NCBI GenBank assembly: GCA_041650915.1
Contig: JBAZKE010000005.1
Span: 11,310-75,309 of the forward strand
Length of the DNA: 64,000 nucleotides
Direction of reading: 5' to 3'
DNA from: Patescibacteria group bacterium
Lineage (GTDB): Bacteria; Patescibacteriota; Patescibacteriia; UBA10025; JAHIVO01
Shown: in pieces, positions 36,280-45,552 of the stretch
How the letters are laid out: each line of letters starts with the position of its first letter
Position numbering within the stretch: position 1 is the stretch's first letter
Translations under genes and position numbers: made by a program
The notes under the pieces: model-generated
Databases searched by the model: none
Seen by the model: only the letters and a program-made list of their open reading frames with translations
What the model was told of the DNA's origin: nothing

Positions 36280-37596
36280 CTACGGCTGCCATTCTCCGGT
36301 CTGCCGCACGATCAGCTCTTCAGCGCGCTCCGGCTCAGCCATGAGCTCCTTGACCACGCGCTCCATGCGGGATCCCTGCGATCCCTTGATAAGCATGATA
36401 TCGCCAGGTTTGATCCGTTCCTGGATAAATTTTCCGGCGCGCTCGGTGCTCCCGAAGTGGAATACCCTGTCCTCAGGCATGCCGCTCTCTTTTGCCGCTG
36501 CAGCCGTATCGAGGGAACGCCCGCCGACAGCGACGAGCACATCCGCAACCTCCGCTGCTGCCATGCCGGCCTGGCGGTGCCCCTCCTCCGTGTAGGAGCC
36601 GAGCTCGAGCATATCGCCAAGTATGACAAACTTCTTGCCCGATACGGCAAGCCCGCCGAGCACTTTAAGCGCGGCTATCGTTGCCATTGGCGATGAATTA
36701 TAGGTATCGTCAATGATTGCCGTGTGCTTAATCCCCCGCAGCAATTTCATCCTGCCAAGCGGCGACTGGTACTCCTTGAGCGCTTCCGAAATATCGGCAA
36801 GGTTCATGCCGAGGCCCAATCCAACGGCAGCTGCCGCGAGTGCCGAGTACACCTGGTGCTGCGCGAGCACCCCTTTGAGAAAAACGGGTACGGTCGAGCC
36901 TCCGTAGGACAGCTTGAAGCTCGCGCCCTCAATGTGCTGCTCAATCCACGGATCCGGAGAAGACCCGGCAGAGTGGGCAAATTCCAGGGCTCGCACGTCA
37001 GCCCCGTCCGAAAAGCCGAACGTAATAACGTTCGCCTTGACCTTTTCCCGCATTCCCATGACGCGCGCATCGTCGGCATTGAGCACTGCCCAGCCTTCCT
37101 TTTTGAGGTGCGTAACGATAATCTGCTTCTCCCTGACGACCCTGTCCAGCGTTTTAAAGAGTTCCGTGTGCACCTGCCCGACCGCGGTGACCACCCCGAC
37201 GGTGCAGGGCGCGAGCTTGGTCAGATACGCAATGTCGCCAGGGCAGTCTGCTCCCATTTCGAGGATGAGGAACTCCGGATATCGGGCGCAGCGGAAAAGA
37301 GCCATACAGAGCCCGCGAACGAACACCCTAAGCCACGCGAACGGATTTTTCTTCCCCGACTCCGACCCGATGATAGAGAGCGGCACTCCGAGTTCGTTGT
37401 TGTAGTTCTTCACGTTCTTCCGCACCGTGTGCTTGGATGACAGCACCGTATAGATCGCTTCCTTTGTCGATGTTTTCCCGACGCTGCCCGTCACGCCGAT
37501 CACCTTCGGCTTGTACACTGCCAAAATCCATCTCGCGAGAATGCGGAGCTTCCACTCTAGTAATTTTGTTATCTTCTCCTTCATTACGGTAGCCAT
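36280..37596 (-). CDS. murF: UDP-N-acetylmuramoyl-tripeptide--D-Ala-D-Ala ligase
   Basis: GVTGSVGKTSTKE, NNELGVPL, LEMG, DDTYNSSP, GDMLELG, IKGSQ. Confidence 0.95.
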   Translation of the reverse strand: MATVMKEKITKLLEWKLRILARWILAVYKPKVIGVTGSVGKTSTKEAIYTVLSSKHTVRKNVKNYNNELGVPLSIIGSESGKKNPFAWLRVFVRGLCMALFRCARYPEFLILEMGADCPGDIAYLTKLAPCTVGVVTAVGQVHTELFKTLDRVVREKQIIVTHLKKEGWAVLNADDARVMGMREKVKANVITFGFSDGADVRALEFAHSAGSSPDPWIEQHIEGASFKLSYGGSTVPVFLKGVLAQHQVYSALAAAAVGLGLGMNLADISEALKEYQSPLGRMKLLRGIKHTAIIDDTYNSSPMATIAALKVLGGLAVSGKKFVILGDMLELGSYTEEGHRQAGMAAAEVADVLVAVGGRSLDTAAAAKESGMPEDRVFHFGSTERAGKFIQERIKPGDIMLIKGSQGSRMERVVKELMAEPERAEELIVRQTGEWQP

Positions 37597-37606
37597 GCGT
37601 ATGCCC

Positions 37607-39361
37607 CTATTCTACCTTCTCATCGGGCGGAATGCCATAGTAGTTCAAAATGAACTGTGCGATCTGCCCGAAGAGCGGCGCGGCTGTTGATTCAGCCCAC
37701 TGCACGTCGCGCGGCACATCGATCTTGACGCACATCGTAAATACTGGATCATCGACCGGCGCGAAGCCGCAGAACGTGCCGATCGTGTGGTTCGGATCGT
37801 ACCCCGGCCCGTTCGGATTCGGGATCTGTGCCGTGCCGGTCTTGCCGGCGACGAAGTATCCGTCCACACCGGCGCTCTTGCCGTGGCCGTTGCGCACGAC
37901 ATTGACGAGCATCGCGCCGAGCGTCGTCGCGGTCTGCTGCGAGATTGCCTGGCGGATCATCCGCGGTTCCGTCTTCGTGCTGAACCCGTCCGGGCCAATC
38001 CGCTCGTCGATGATGTACGGCTCCATGAGCTTCCCGCCGTTCGCGATCGCGGCGAACGCATTCGTGATCTGCAGCGGGGTGACTGAGATTCCCTGCCCGA
38101 ACGAAGCGGTCGCCATGTAGAGCTCCTTATGTTCCGCGAGCGAGCTGATGTTGCCCTGGGCTTCCGAATTGAGCTCGATCCCGTACCGCTCCCCGAAGTG
38201 AAACCGCTTGATATAATCCTCAAACAGCTCGGGCCCGATTTGCCGCGCAGCAAAAATGACGCCGGTATTGAGCGACTGCTCGAGCACCTGGGTCATCGTA
38301 TTGATTCCGTGCGCCTTGGCGTCCCAGTTCTTGATGGTATACTTTCCGATCTCGACGCTGCCCGTATCTTCGTACGTCGTCGACGGCAGTACCGCTCCCT
38401 GGTCGAGCGCGGCGGCCATCGTGACTGGCTTGAACACCGAACCGGGTTCATAGATGTAGAAGGTTGCCGGATTGATATACGTATTGGGGTCCTCGACCTC
38501 GTTATATGCGTTCGGGTTAAAGTCGGGCGAACCGCACATGGCGATGATCGCACCCGTTTTCGGATCGATGACCGTGAGGCTGCCGCCGTCCGCTCCGTGC
38601 TTCAGCACCTCCTCGTTAAGGCTCGTGCACGCCTCGTGCTGGATCGTCCGGTCAATGGTGAGCACGAGATCATCGCCGTTTTTCGCTTCCTCGAGCAGTT
38701 TCGTGCCGAAGGTAATCCAGCGTCCTTGGGCATCCTTTTCGGCCTGCAAGTACCCCGGTTTGCCGGCGAGCTCTTCTTCCCAGTACTCCTCGAGACCGTA
38801 CCGGCCGACTTTCGTATCGCCGCTGTAGCCGATAAAGCCAAGGATATGCGAGCCGATGTTTTGCTCGGGGTAGAAGCGAAACAGCTCCTCCTGCAGCTTG
38901 ATGCCCGCAAACTCCTTGGCCCTGATCTGGTCCGCTACTTCCTCGCTCACCTGGTGCTTGATCGGCTCGTAGAGGTCGTTCTCTTTCATGAGCCGCTCAA
39001 GCAGCTCATCCTCATCGAGCTCGAGCAGCGTACTGAGCTCTTTCGCTGCTTCATTGGGATTTTCGACCCGCTTGGGCTCCGCATAGACGAGGTAGTACGT
39101 CTTATTCGTTGCGAGAGGATACAGCGTGCCCGGATTGTCCCGGTCGCGCACGAGTATTTCGCCGCGCTTGGGGAAAAGCTTCTCATAGAGCTCGTGCTGG
39201 TCAGCCGCGAGCGCTTCATAAAAGCCATGCTGGAATATCTGGATATCCCCGAGCCGTACGATGATGAGCGCCGCAAAAATAAAAACGGCGGCACGTAAAA
39301 AGTCGATCCTATCCCGCTTGCTTTCTCTCCTGCTCCTTCTGTGGAGCGATCGCCCTACCAT
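37607..39361 (-). CDS. ftsI: Class B penicillin-binding protein (FtsI/PBP3-like)
   Basis: RGEI, GLE, EPGSVFK (SxxK), SLN, KTGTAQ; dcw context. Confidence 0.9.
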   Translation of the reverse strand: MVGRSLHRRSRRESKRDRIDFLRAAVFIFAALIIVRLGDIQIFQHGFYEALAADQHELYEKLFPKRGEILVRDRDNPGTLYPLATNKTYYLVYAEPKRVENPNEAAKELSTLLELDEDELLERLMKENDLYEPIKHQVSEEVADQIRAKEFAGIKLQEELFRFYPEQNIGSHILGFIGYSGDTKVGRYGLEEYWEEELAGKPGYLQAEKDAQGRWITFGTKLLEEAKNGDDLVLTIDRTIQHEACTSLNEEVLKHGADGGSLTVIDPKTGAIIAMCGSPDFNPNAYNEVEDPNTYINPATFYIYEPGSVFKPVTMAAALDQGAVLPSTTYEDTGSVEIGKYTIKNWDAKAHGINTMTQVLEQSLNTGVIFAARQIGPELFEDYIKRFHFGERYGIELNSEAQGNISSLAEHKELYMATASFGQGISVTPLQITNAFAAIANGGKLMEPYIIDERIGPDGFSTKTEPRMIRQAISQQTATTLGAMLVNVVRNGHGKSAGVDGYFVAGKTGTAQIPNPNGPGYDPNHTIGTFCGFAPVDDPVFTMCVKIDVPRDVQWAESTAAPLFGQIAQFILNYYGIPPDEKVE

Positions 39362-39453
39362 GTCCTACGTACGGTCATTGTGTGCATATAGTTAAAGAGA
39401 GCGCGAGCCGTTGGCCGAGCTGTCTTGATCTGTCGGGTACGCTCGCACGGCTG

Positions 39454-39813
39454 TTACCTGACGGCGACAGCTGCACCGACCGCCGGCAGGTACTCAATCT
39501 GCGTCGTTGCAACGAGGTCGAGCGATGCGCTTGCCGCCTCAATCGTTACGAGCGACTGGAGCTCTGCAGCCCTCAGTTCGAGCTCCTTGTTGTCTTTGAG
39601 GAGCTGCTCTATCTCATTCTCCGCTCCCTTGATATTGAATCCGCCCGTAGCCGTTAGGTTAATCAAGTAGAGGTACGAGAAACCCGCGGCAACGACCAAA
39701 CCGAGCAGCAGGAGATGTAAGCTCACCGATCTGAGCTTCATGCGCTCTCCTCCTGTTCCGTTCTGCCTGAGGCAACCCGTACCGGCAAACTTTTTTCGTG
39801 CGAATTTTGTCAT
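39454..39813 (-). CDS. FtsL-like bitopic protein
   Basis: Single TM plus coiled coil, located between rsmH and ftsI. Confidence 0.6.
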   Translation of the reverse strand: MTKFARKKFAGTGCLRQNGTGGERMKLRSVSLHLLLLGLVVAAGFSYLYLINLTATGGFNIKGAENEIEQLLKDNKELELRAAELQSLVTIEAASASLDLVATTQIEYLPAVGAAVAVR

Positions 39814-39821
39814 TCTTTTTA

Positions 39822-40781
39822 TTATAGCTTTTGGACCGTACGCAAATGGGCGCTACGCGACCGGGGATTCCGCTCCATCTCCTCCCGGGTCGGCGCCACT
39901 CCGCGCCGCGTCACGAGCCGCACACGGGCGCGATGGCCGCACCTGCAGACCGGCAGCTCCGGCGGACAGATGCAATCGCGCGACAGTTCCCTGAAGAACC
40001 GCTTTACGATCCGGTCTTCGAGCGAATGGAATGTCAGCACGCAGAGCATGCCTCCCGGCACGAGCAGATCAACCGCCTGGGGCAGCACGCGTTCGAGGCT
40101 GTCGAGCTCGCCATTAACGGCAATGCGGAGCGCCTGGAACGTCCTGGTCGCGGGATGGGTCCCTCCGATCCACGGTACTTCCTTTTTAGTTTTCAATTTA
40201 TTTCTAAAGGCCGGGAGTATGGCCTCGACTAACGTTTTTGTTTTTATTATCGGATGCGTTTGGCGCGCGTTGAGAATATTTTTTGTTATTTCATGCGCCA
40301 AGGGCTCCTGGCCATACTCCCGAATTACCTTTTCAATCTTTTCAAACGGCCACGTATTGACAACCGTTGCGGCAGTGAGCTCCTGCCGGGAATCGAACCG
40401 CATATCGAGCGCCGCGTTTACCCGAAAAGAAAATCCTCTATCCTCGCCTTCGAGCTCAATACTAGAAATGCCAAGGTCAAGTAGAATGCCGTAAACTTTA
40501 TGTAGTGAAAACTGTTCATCGTATATTTGTTTTAGGTTTGCGAAGCTCCCCTGGACAAACGTGGCGCGGTTTCCGAAGCGCCTGAGCCGCTCCCTGCTGA
40601 TTTTCAGCGCCTCGCTGTCGAGGTCAATGGCGAGGAGCCTGCCGCCGGGTGCCGTTGCCTCGAGTATCCGTTTGGCATGCCCGCCGCCGCCAACTGTGCA
40701 GTCAATGTAGTGTGCGCCTGCCTTCGGCTGGAGGTGCTGCAATACTTCATCGAGCAGCACCGGTATGTGCTTCCCGGGCAT
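39822..40781 (-). CDS. rsmH: 16S rRNA m4C1402 methyltransferase
   Basis: HIPVLL, DCTVGGGGH, DLGISS, RGFSF, HPATRTFQALRI, FHSLEDR, NPRSRSA. Confidence 0.97.
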   Translation of the reverse strand: MPGKHIPVLLDEVLQHLQPKAGAHYIDCTVGGGGHAKRILEATAPGGRLLAIDLDSEALKISRERLRRFGNRATFVQGSFANLKQIYDEQFSLHKVYGILLDLGISSIELEGEDRGFSFRVNAALDMRFDSRQELTAATVVNTWPFEKIEKVIREYGQEPLAHEITKNILNARQTHPIIKTKTLVEAILPAFRNKLKTKKEVPWIGGTHPATRTFQALRIAVNGELDSLERVLPQAVDLLVPGGMLCVLTFHSLEDRIVKRFFRELSRDCICPPELPVCRCGHRARVRLVTRRGVAPTREEMERNPRSRSAHLRTVQKL

Positions 40782-40790
40782 ACGGCAGCG

Positions 40791-41222
40791 CTAAACGCCG
40801 AGCTCCCCGAGCGCCTCAGCGATATCACCGCCGCGCTTTTCGGTTCCGAGCTTGTACTTTTCCCACGCAGCTTCATCCCAAATCTCGAGCCGGTTGTAGA
40901 GGCCGGCAACGACCACCTTCTTGCGGATCGCCGCATACTTGCGGAGGTAGTCAGGCAGAATGATCCTCCCCTGCTTGTCGATCTCACAGTCCATCGCGCC
41001 GGCGAGCATAAGCCGGGCGAACGCACGGGTATTTGCCTTTGATATAGGAAGCTTTGAGAGCTTGTCGGCGAGAACCTCCCAGTCTTTTTGCGGATAGAGA
41101 AACAGGCAGCTATCGAGCCCACGCGTAACTACGGCTCCTTTCGCGAGTTCAACGCGAAACTTGATAGGCACAGCGAGCCTTCCCTTTTCATCTACTGCAT
41201 GCTGGTACTCTCCAATAAACAT
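40791..41222 (-). CDS. mraZ: Division/cell wall cluster repressor MraZ
   Basis: MFIGEY, DEKGR, DKQGR, LEIW. Confidence 0.97.
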   Translation of the reverse strand: MFIGEYQHAVDEKGRLAVPIKFRVELAKGAVVTRGLDSCLFLYPQKDWEVLADKLSKLPISKANTRAFARLMLAGAMDCEIDKQGRIILPDYLRKYAAIRKKVVVAGLYNRLEIWDEAAWEKYKLGTEKRGGDIAEALGELGV

Positions 41223-41287
41223 ATCGTATATAAAAACCAGTTGGTGTGGTGCGGCTCGATGCCTTTTCCACAGATTCGTTTACTTAT

Positions 41288-41335
41288 CCCCACTTTTATC
41301 CACTTTCTACCCTATGCCTCCATTTTACACCACAT
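41288..41335 (-). promoter_or_regulatory. MraZ-binding boxes (GTGG-like repeats, 10-bp period)
   Basis: CCAC/CCAC/CCCT/CCAT/CCAC on + strand at 41290, 41300, 41310, 41320, 41330. Confidence 0.75.
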
Positions 41336-41516
41336 TTCATAAAAAGGCAACCGTGTAAAAATCCGGCAACTATTGCAAAACGAATGAGGCGTAGTGTCAA
41401 GAGAATATTTTGACCATGTTGTATCCCGGCGCATTCAAAACATACTATATGTAGTTACCACGCAAAAACATCTATCATTATTGGTACTATGAGAAGAGAT
41501 TCCTGCTGTGGATAAA

Positions 41517-41553
41517 TAAAAAAAGCGCCGGATACGGAGCACCCGACGCTTTT
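41517..41553 (-). terminator. Putative terminator after the 41590-43467 gene
   Basis: AAAAGCG.CGG...CCG.CGCTTTT hairpin next to an A-run. Confidence 0.5.
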
Positions 41554-41589
41554 ACCAAACTAATTCTACGAAACCTCCAAATTAAATTG

Positions 41590-43467
41590 CTATTTGATGA
41601 GGAGCATTTTCAAATTCTTGTGATACTCCCCGACTGTGACCCGGCACAGGTACATGCCGGTGGCGAAGTTGCTACCCGCATTCCACTCTACGGAATACTC
41701 ACCCGGCTCCTGCTTGCCGTCGTACAAAACAGTCACTACTTGCCCGAGGACATTGTAGACATAGATGTTCACATCGCACGTTTTCGCGACCGAATAACGG
41801 ATAGTCGTGCTGGGATTGAACGGATTTGGATAGTTTGGACCTACCGAGACCGTATCGACTGGGTCACCCTTCAATTCCGACGAAGGTGATACCACAAGCT
41901 TTGGTAGCGGGCCACCGTTCGGATGACACTGCACCGGCATTACCGCAAACACACTATCGAGCGGATAGTCGTACATCTGATAAATGCCCTGCCCGCCGGA
42001 ATAATCAAAGGAGTTACCCGTCGAATAGAATGATTGCAACCGCGTCTCTTCCTCGCTGATGCGGGAAAAGAGGATAATATCACCGTAGGCATCACCGTTG
42101 AAGTACCCTGCGCAGCCAAAGAGCTTGGTTGCGGCATTGTACCCATCCGCTTGCCACCACCCTTGACCACCGGTGTAATGGAATGACGAGCCTGTCGACA
42201 GAAACGTCTGAATCCGAGTCTGGTACTGACCATTAGGCTGGAGACCGATGTCTCGCACGATCGCGATATCGTCCAGATCGTTTCCATCATAATCGCACAC
42301 GAGTACATGTACTGACCGTCGCGCCTCGTACCCGTCGGCTTGCCACCAACCCTGACCACCAGAGTAAGCGAAGTAGGTGCCCCGGGACATGAATACCTGA
42401 ATCCGGGTCTGGTACTTGCCGTTGGGCTGCAAGCCAATGTCGCGCACGATCGCGATGTCAAAACCGTCTACATGATCGAACCGACCAGCGACGAACGCAA
42501 CGCAACGCCGCGCTTCATAGCCGTCCGCGGCCCACCATGATACAGGACAGTTAAACTGCCCTGTCGCAGGATTCCATGCCGTAACGAAGATTTCCGACCG
42601 ATACTTACCGTTGAGCTGCAAGCCCCTGTCAACAAGAAACGCTAAATCCACATAGCCGTCGCGGGTAAAGTCCCCACCGGTCATATCGACCACGTCATCG
42701 ACAGTGAAATCGATCGATGGACAATCGCCGCTGAACATCGTCTCTCCGAAATCAACGTACTCTCCTTCATGATCCCAAACGGCCTGCTCTATGCAGAAAC
42801 CAACACCATTAGGGGAAGTGGCATCCGTCTTATACAAGAGCACAACGTCAGTCATGTCATCCCCGTTAAGTGACCCACTAAACGTTTGCCAGAGTGTCCG
42901 CGTAGTATCGACCGTGAACATTCTCCAACCGTACGAACCTTCATAGATGATACCGTCTCCCGTTGAAAGAAACGGCTGTGCACGAAACCGACGTTGCCCA
43001 CCATTGAATCTCCCATGTCGTCCGACCGCTAGAATATCCGTTGCCTGTACAAGACCATCGGCAGGATACACGTCACCGGTCCTGATGTACAAATCATTGG
43101 ACATTCCAGACCAATTTCCGTATGGGTCGGCAGCCCGAGCAGTCACATGGTAGCTCGTGCTCGGACTCAATCCGGTCAGGACATACGTTTCCATTACGTC
43201 CGGCAGGTGTGGCGGGAACGGATCGAAGAAATGCGTACCGTACACCTGCCACTCATTGAGTTCCGTCGGTGGAGTATCCCCGCTGATGCAGATATCATAC
43301 TTATCCACCGGCAGCTCAAGAACTACATTCGAATCATTGTCGAGATCAGCCGGCGCAGGCCAGACAATCCTCGCGGAATACGCATTGTTCGACGATGCAC
43401 TTACCGATACGGCTATCATCAGGACAACTAGTCCTACAGATACTCCTAAGAAACCTCTTCTTTCCAT
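41590..43467 (-). CDS. Secreted protein: FN3-like domain, FG-GAP-like repeats, T9SS type A-like CTD
   Basis: Signal peptide; LTGLSPSTSY...D.YGNWS; repeats D.GLQPNG.YQTRI..F.S.G..F...GGQGWW.ADGY; NYPNPFNP...KMLLIK. Confidence 0.82.
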   Translation of the reverse strand: MERRGFLGVSVGLVVLMIAVSVSASSNNAYSARIVWPAPADLDNDSNVVLELPVDKYDICISGDTPPTELNEWQVYGTHFFDPFPPHLPDVMETYVLTGLSPSTSYHVTARAADPYGNWSGMSNDLYIRTGDVYPADGLVQATDILAVGRHGRFNGGQRRFRAQPFLSTGDGIIYEGSYGWRMFTVDTTRTLWQTFSGSLNGDDMTDVVLLYKTDATSPNGVGFCIEQAVWDHEGEYVDFGETMFSGDCPSIDFTVDDVVDMTGGDFTRDGYVDLAFLVDRGLQLNGKYRSEIFVTAWNPATGQFNCPVSWWAADGYEARRCVAFVAGRFDHVDGFDIAIVRDIGLQPNGKYQTRIQVFMSRGTYFAYSGGQGWWQADGYEARRSVHVLVCDYDGNDLDDIAIVRDIGLQPNGQYQTRIQTFLSTGSSFHYTGGQGWWQADGYNAATKLFGCAGYFNGDAYGDIILFSRISEEETRLQSFYSTGNSFDYSGGQGIYQMYDYPLDSVFAVMPVQCHPNGGPLPKLVVSPSSELKGDPVDTVSVGPNYPNPFNPSTTIRYSVAKTCDVNIYVYNVLGQVVTVLYDGKQEPGEYSVEWNAGSNFATGMYLCRVTVGEYHKNLKMLLIK

Positions 43468-43613
43468 GATCTACAGCTCCTTTCCTTTTCTGTATATATT
43501 CAACTGTCAATTTTCTATTTTTACAACAAAGTTTACAGATGATACTACCCTAAAGTCCCAATCTTGTCAATCCCTACTGCAAACGGGCAAGACGTGTTGT
43601 TGATAAGTCAATC

Positions 43614-43642
43614 TTGACTTTCGGTTTTTATTCGGGTATACT
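43614..43642 (+). promoter_or_regulatory. Sigma70-like promoter TTGACT-N17-TATACT with TTCGG-N6-TTCGG in the spacer
   Basis: Read directly from sequence; points towards lexA. Confidence 0.55.
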
Positions 43643-44436
43643 TACTCTATCCTCTTTATAAGGGGCCGTGCAACCAGGCTTAGCAACACCAAAACGCATA
43701 AGCTAATCGCTGCAAACAGTATCCCATACATAAGAAACTGTGCGGCAAGAAAGAGCGGCGTGGTCATCCAGGAGATGACAGTCCAGGTCATTGGTACCTG
43801 CAGCCATTGGTCAACGATAAAAAACAGCGTAAAAAGCGCTGCGATGCCTAGCAAACCAGAGAATGTATGCGAGAGATCCTCACGTGACGGCGCCGCATGC
43901 GAGCTGAGGCTCAGCATGAGGTATATGAATACATATGTTTGCCAGGAATCCCAGTTGAACGCCTGGACAAGCGAAGATACGGTATCCCAAAACTGCGAAA
44001 AGTACTGCACGGTAAAGCGGAAGAAGCTTGCGAAACTCGAGAAGTCAACAACGGCAGCCTGCACCGTCGAGAGGCTCGAGTGGTACAGATCAGGGAGTAG
44101 TGCCCAGGCCAGCAAGAGCATCGCGGCGGTGACGCCAAAGAGCGGCGCAATGGAGATCACGACCTTTTTCAGCGGATTGCCCGTGCGGTCGTGCTCGACA
44201 AAACCGAGCGAATCACCCGACGGATAAAAAAGCCTGACACGGCGCACGCGGGTGAATGTAGCAAGGCATGCAATCAAGTGTGACAGCTCATGGCATACCA
44301 CGCCGGGCCACATCGTCAACAAGTACCACCGCCGCCCAAGCCGCTGCAGCACGATACGATCAACCGCTCGCGACAACCCATACAGCAGAAGGATCTGTAT
44401 AAACAGCGGGAGAAAAATATTAGCGATGCCAATCAT
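43642..44436 (-). CDS. Membrane metalloprotease-like protein (M50-like)
   Basis: PGVVCHELSH (HExxH), ISIAPL, multiple TMs. Confidence 0.7.
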   Translation of the reverse strand: MIGIANIFLPLFIQILLLYGLSRAVDRIVLQRLGRRWYLLTMWPGVVCHELSHLIACLATFTRVRRVRLFYPSGDSLGFVEHDRTGNPLKKVVISIAPLFGVTAAMLLLAWALLPDLYHSSLSTVQAAVVDFSSFASFFRFTVQYFSQFWDTVSSLVQAFNWDSWQTYVFIYLMLSLSSHAAPSREDLSHTFSGLLGIAALFTLFFIVDQWLQVPMTWTVISWMTTPLFLAAQFLMYGILFAAISLCVLVLLSLVARPLIKRIE

Positions 44437-44474
44437 ATACGTTCAGTATAGCGTAAATAAGTAATACGAAACAT

Positions 44475-45089
44475 ATGGTATCCATCCTGCCGGCTAAAAA
44501 ACAGCAAATGCTCAACTACCTCCGCGAGTACATTGCCGAACGCGGCTATGCGCCGACCCTCACCGAGATCGCGCGGGAGTTTAAGCTCTCATCGCTTGCA
44601 ACAGTCCACGAGCACCTTCAGTTTCTCCACGATCACGGATTCATCCGGCGCGATAAGGATGGGAAGCGCGGCATTACCATTCCGCATCTCAGGCATGAGA
44701 AATCGCGTGAAGAAAGCGTTCTGCTGCCCGTCGTAGGGCTGATCACCGCGGGCTTACCGATCGAGGCTATCGAAAACCGAGAGTCCGAACTCCCCGTGCC
44801 GAAAAGCATCGTCCAAAATAAAAACTCTTACATCCTCAAGGTCAAGGGCGACTCGATGGTTGAAAGCTTAATCGCCGACGGTGACTATGTCATCTGCGAA
44901 AAAACGGAGTATGCAAAAGACGGCGACACGGTCGTCGCTATGCTCGAAGACGGCACTGCAACACTCAAAAAGTTTTTCAAAACCAAGCAGTACATCAGGC
45001 TCCAGCCTGCTAATAAAAAATATAAACCACTCTATGCGAAGAACGTAATTGTCCAGGGCAGGGTGCTCGGCATTATCCGCAAATTTTAA
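44475..45089 (+). CDS. lexA: LexA repressor
   Basis: GYAPT..EIA, TVHEHL, AG.P cleavage site, GDSM, T.KK. Confidence 0.96.
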   Translation: MVSILPAKKQQMLNYLREYIAERGYAPTLTEIAREFKLSSLATVHEHLQFLHDHGFIRRDKDGKRGITIPHLRHEKSREESVLLPVVGLITAGLPIEAIENRESELPVPKSIVQNKNSYILKVKGDSMVESLIADGDYVICEKTEYAKDGDTVVAMLEDGTATLKKFFKTKQYIRLQPANKKYKPLYAKNVIVQGRVLGIIRKF

Positions 45090-45122
45090 AACCGCACTAC
45101 AGAACGAAAAACGGAGAAACGG

Positions 45123-45551
45123 CTACGTCCTGAATGCATTCTTCTTTGGTTTGGTGATGTTTGGTTCGCTGCCATACTGCGGCAGGACGATAGACTGCTT
45201 CTGCGCCGTGGCAATCTGTGCGGCGCCCTTTCTTGCGAGGCTTGCCATCCCCCTCCCCGGCCGTTTTTGGACGCCGACGACCGGAATCTCAAGGCCGTAG
45301 GAGAGCGCATTTGCGGTACTGATTCCAACGCGGAGCGAAGTGAAACCGCCCGGTCCGGATACGACAATAATCCCCCTGAGCTGCGGAAGCGGCTGCTGCT
45401 CCGCTGTCAGCAGTGCAACTATCGACGGTAAAAGCTTTTCGGACTGGGTAAACTTGCTCTGCACGGTCCGAGAAGCGGCAATCCCGCCGTTTGCGCTGAC
45501 GAGGCCGACCGTAAAACGGTCGCCATCGCTCGTATCGATAAAGAGGAACAT
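45123..45551 (-). CDS. tsaB: t6A synthesis protein TsaB (short form)
   Basis: MFLFIDTS, SEKLLP, GPGGFTSLRVG, P.Y..EPNIT. Confidence 0.9.
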   Translation of the reverse strand: MFLFIDTSDGDRFTVGLVSANGGIAASRTVQSKFTQSEKLLPSIVALLTAEQQPLPQLRGIIVVSGPGGFTSLRVGISTANALSYGLEIPVVGVQKRPGRGMASLARKGAAQIATAQKQSIVLPQYGSEPNITKPKKNAFRT

Positions 45552-45552
45552 G

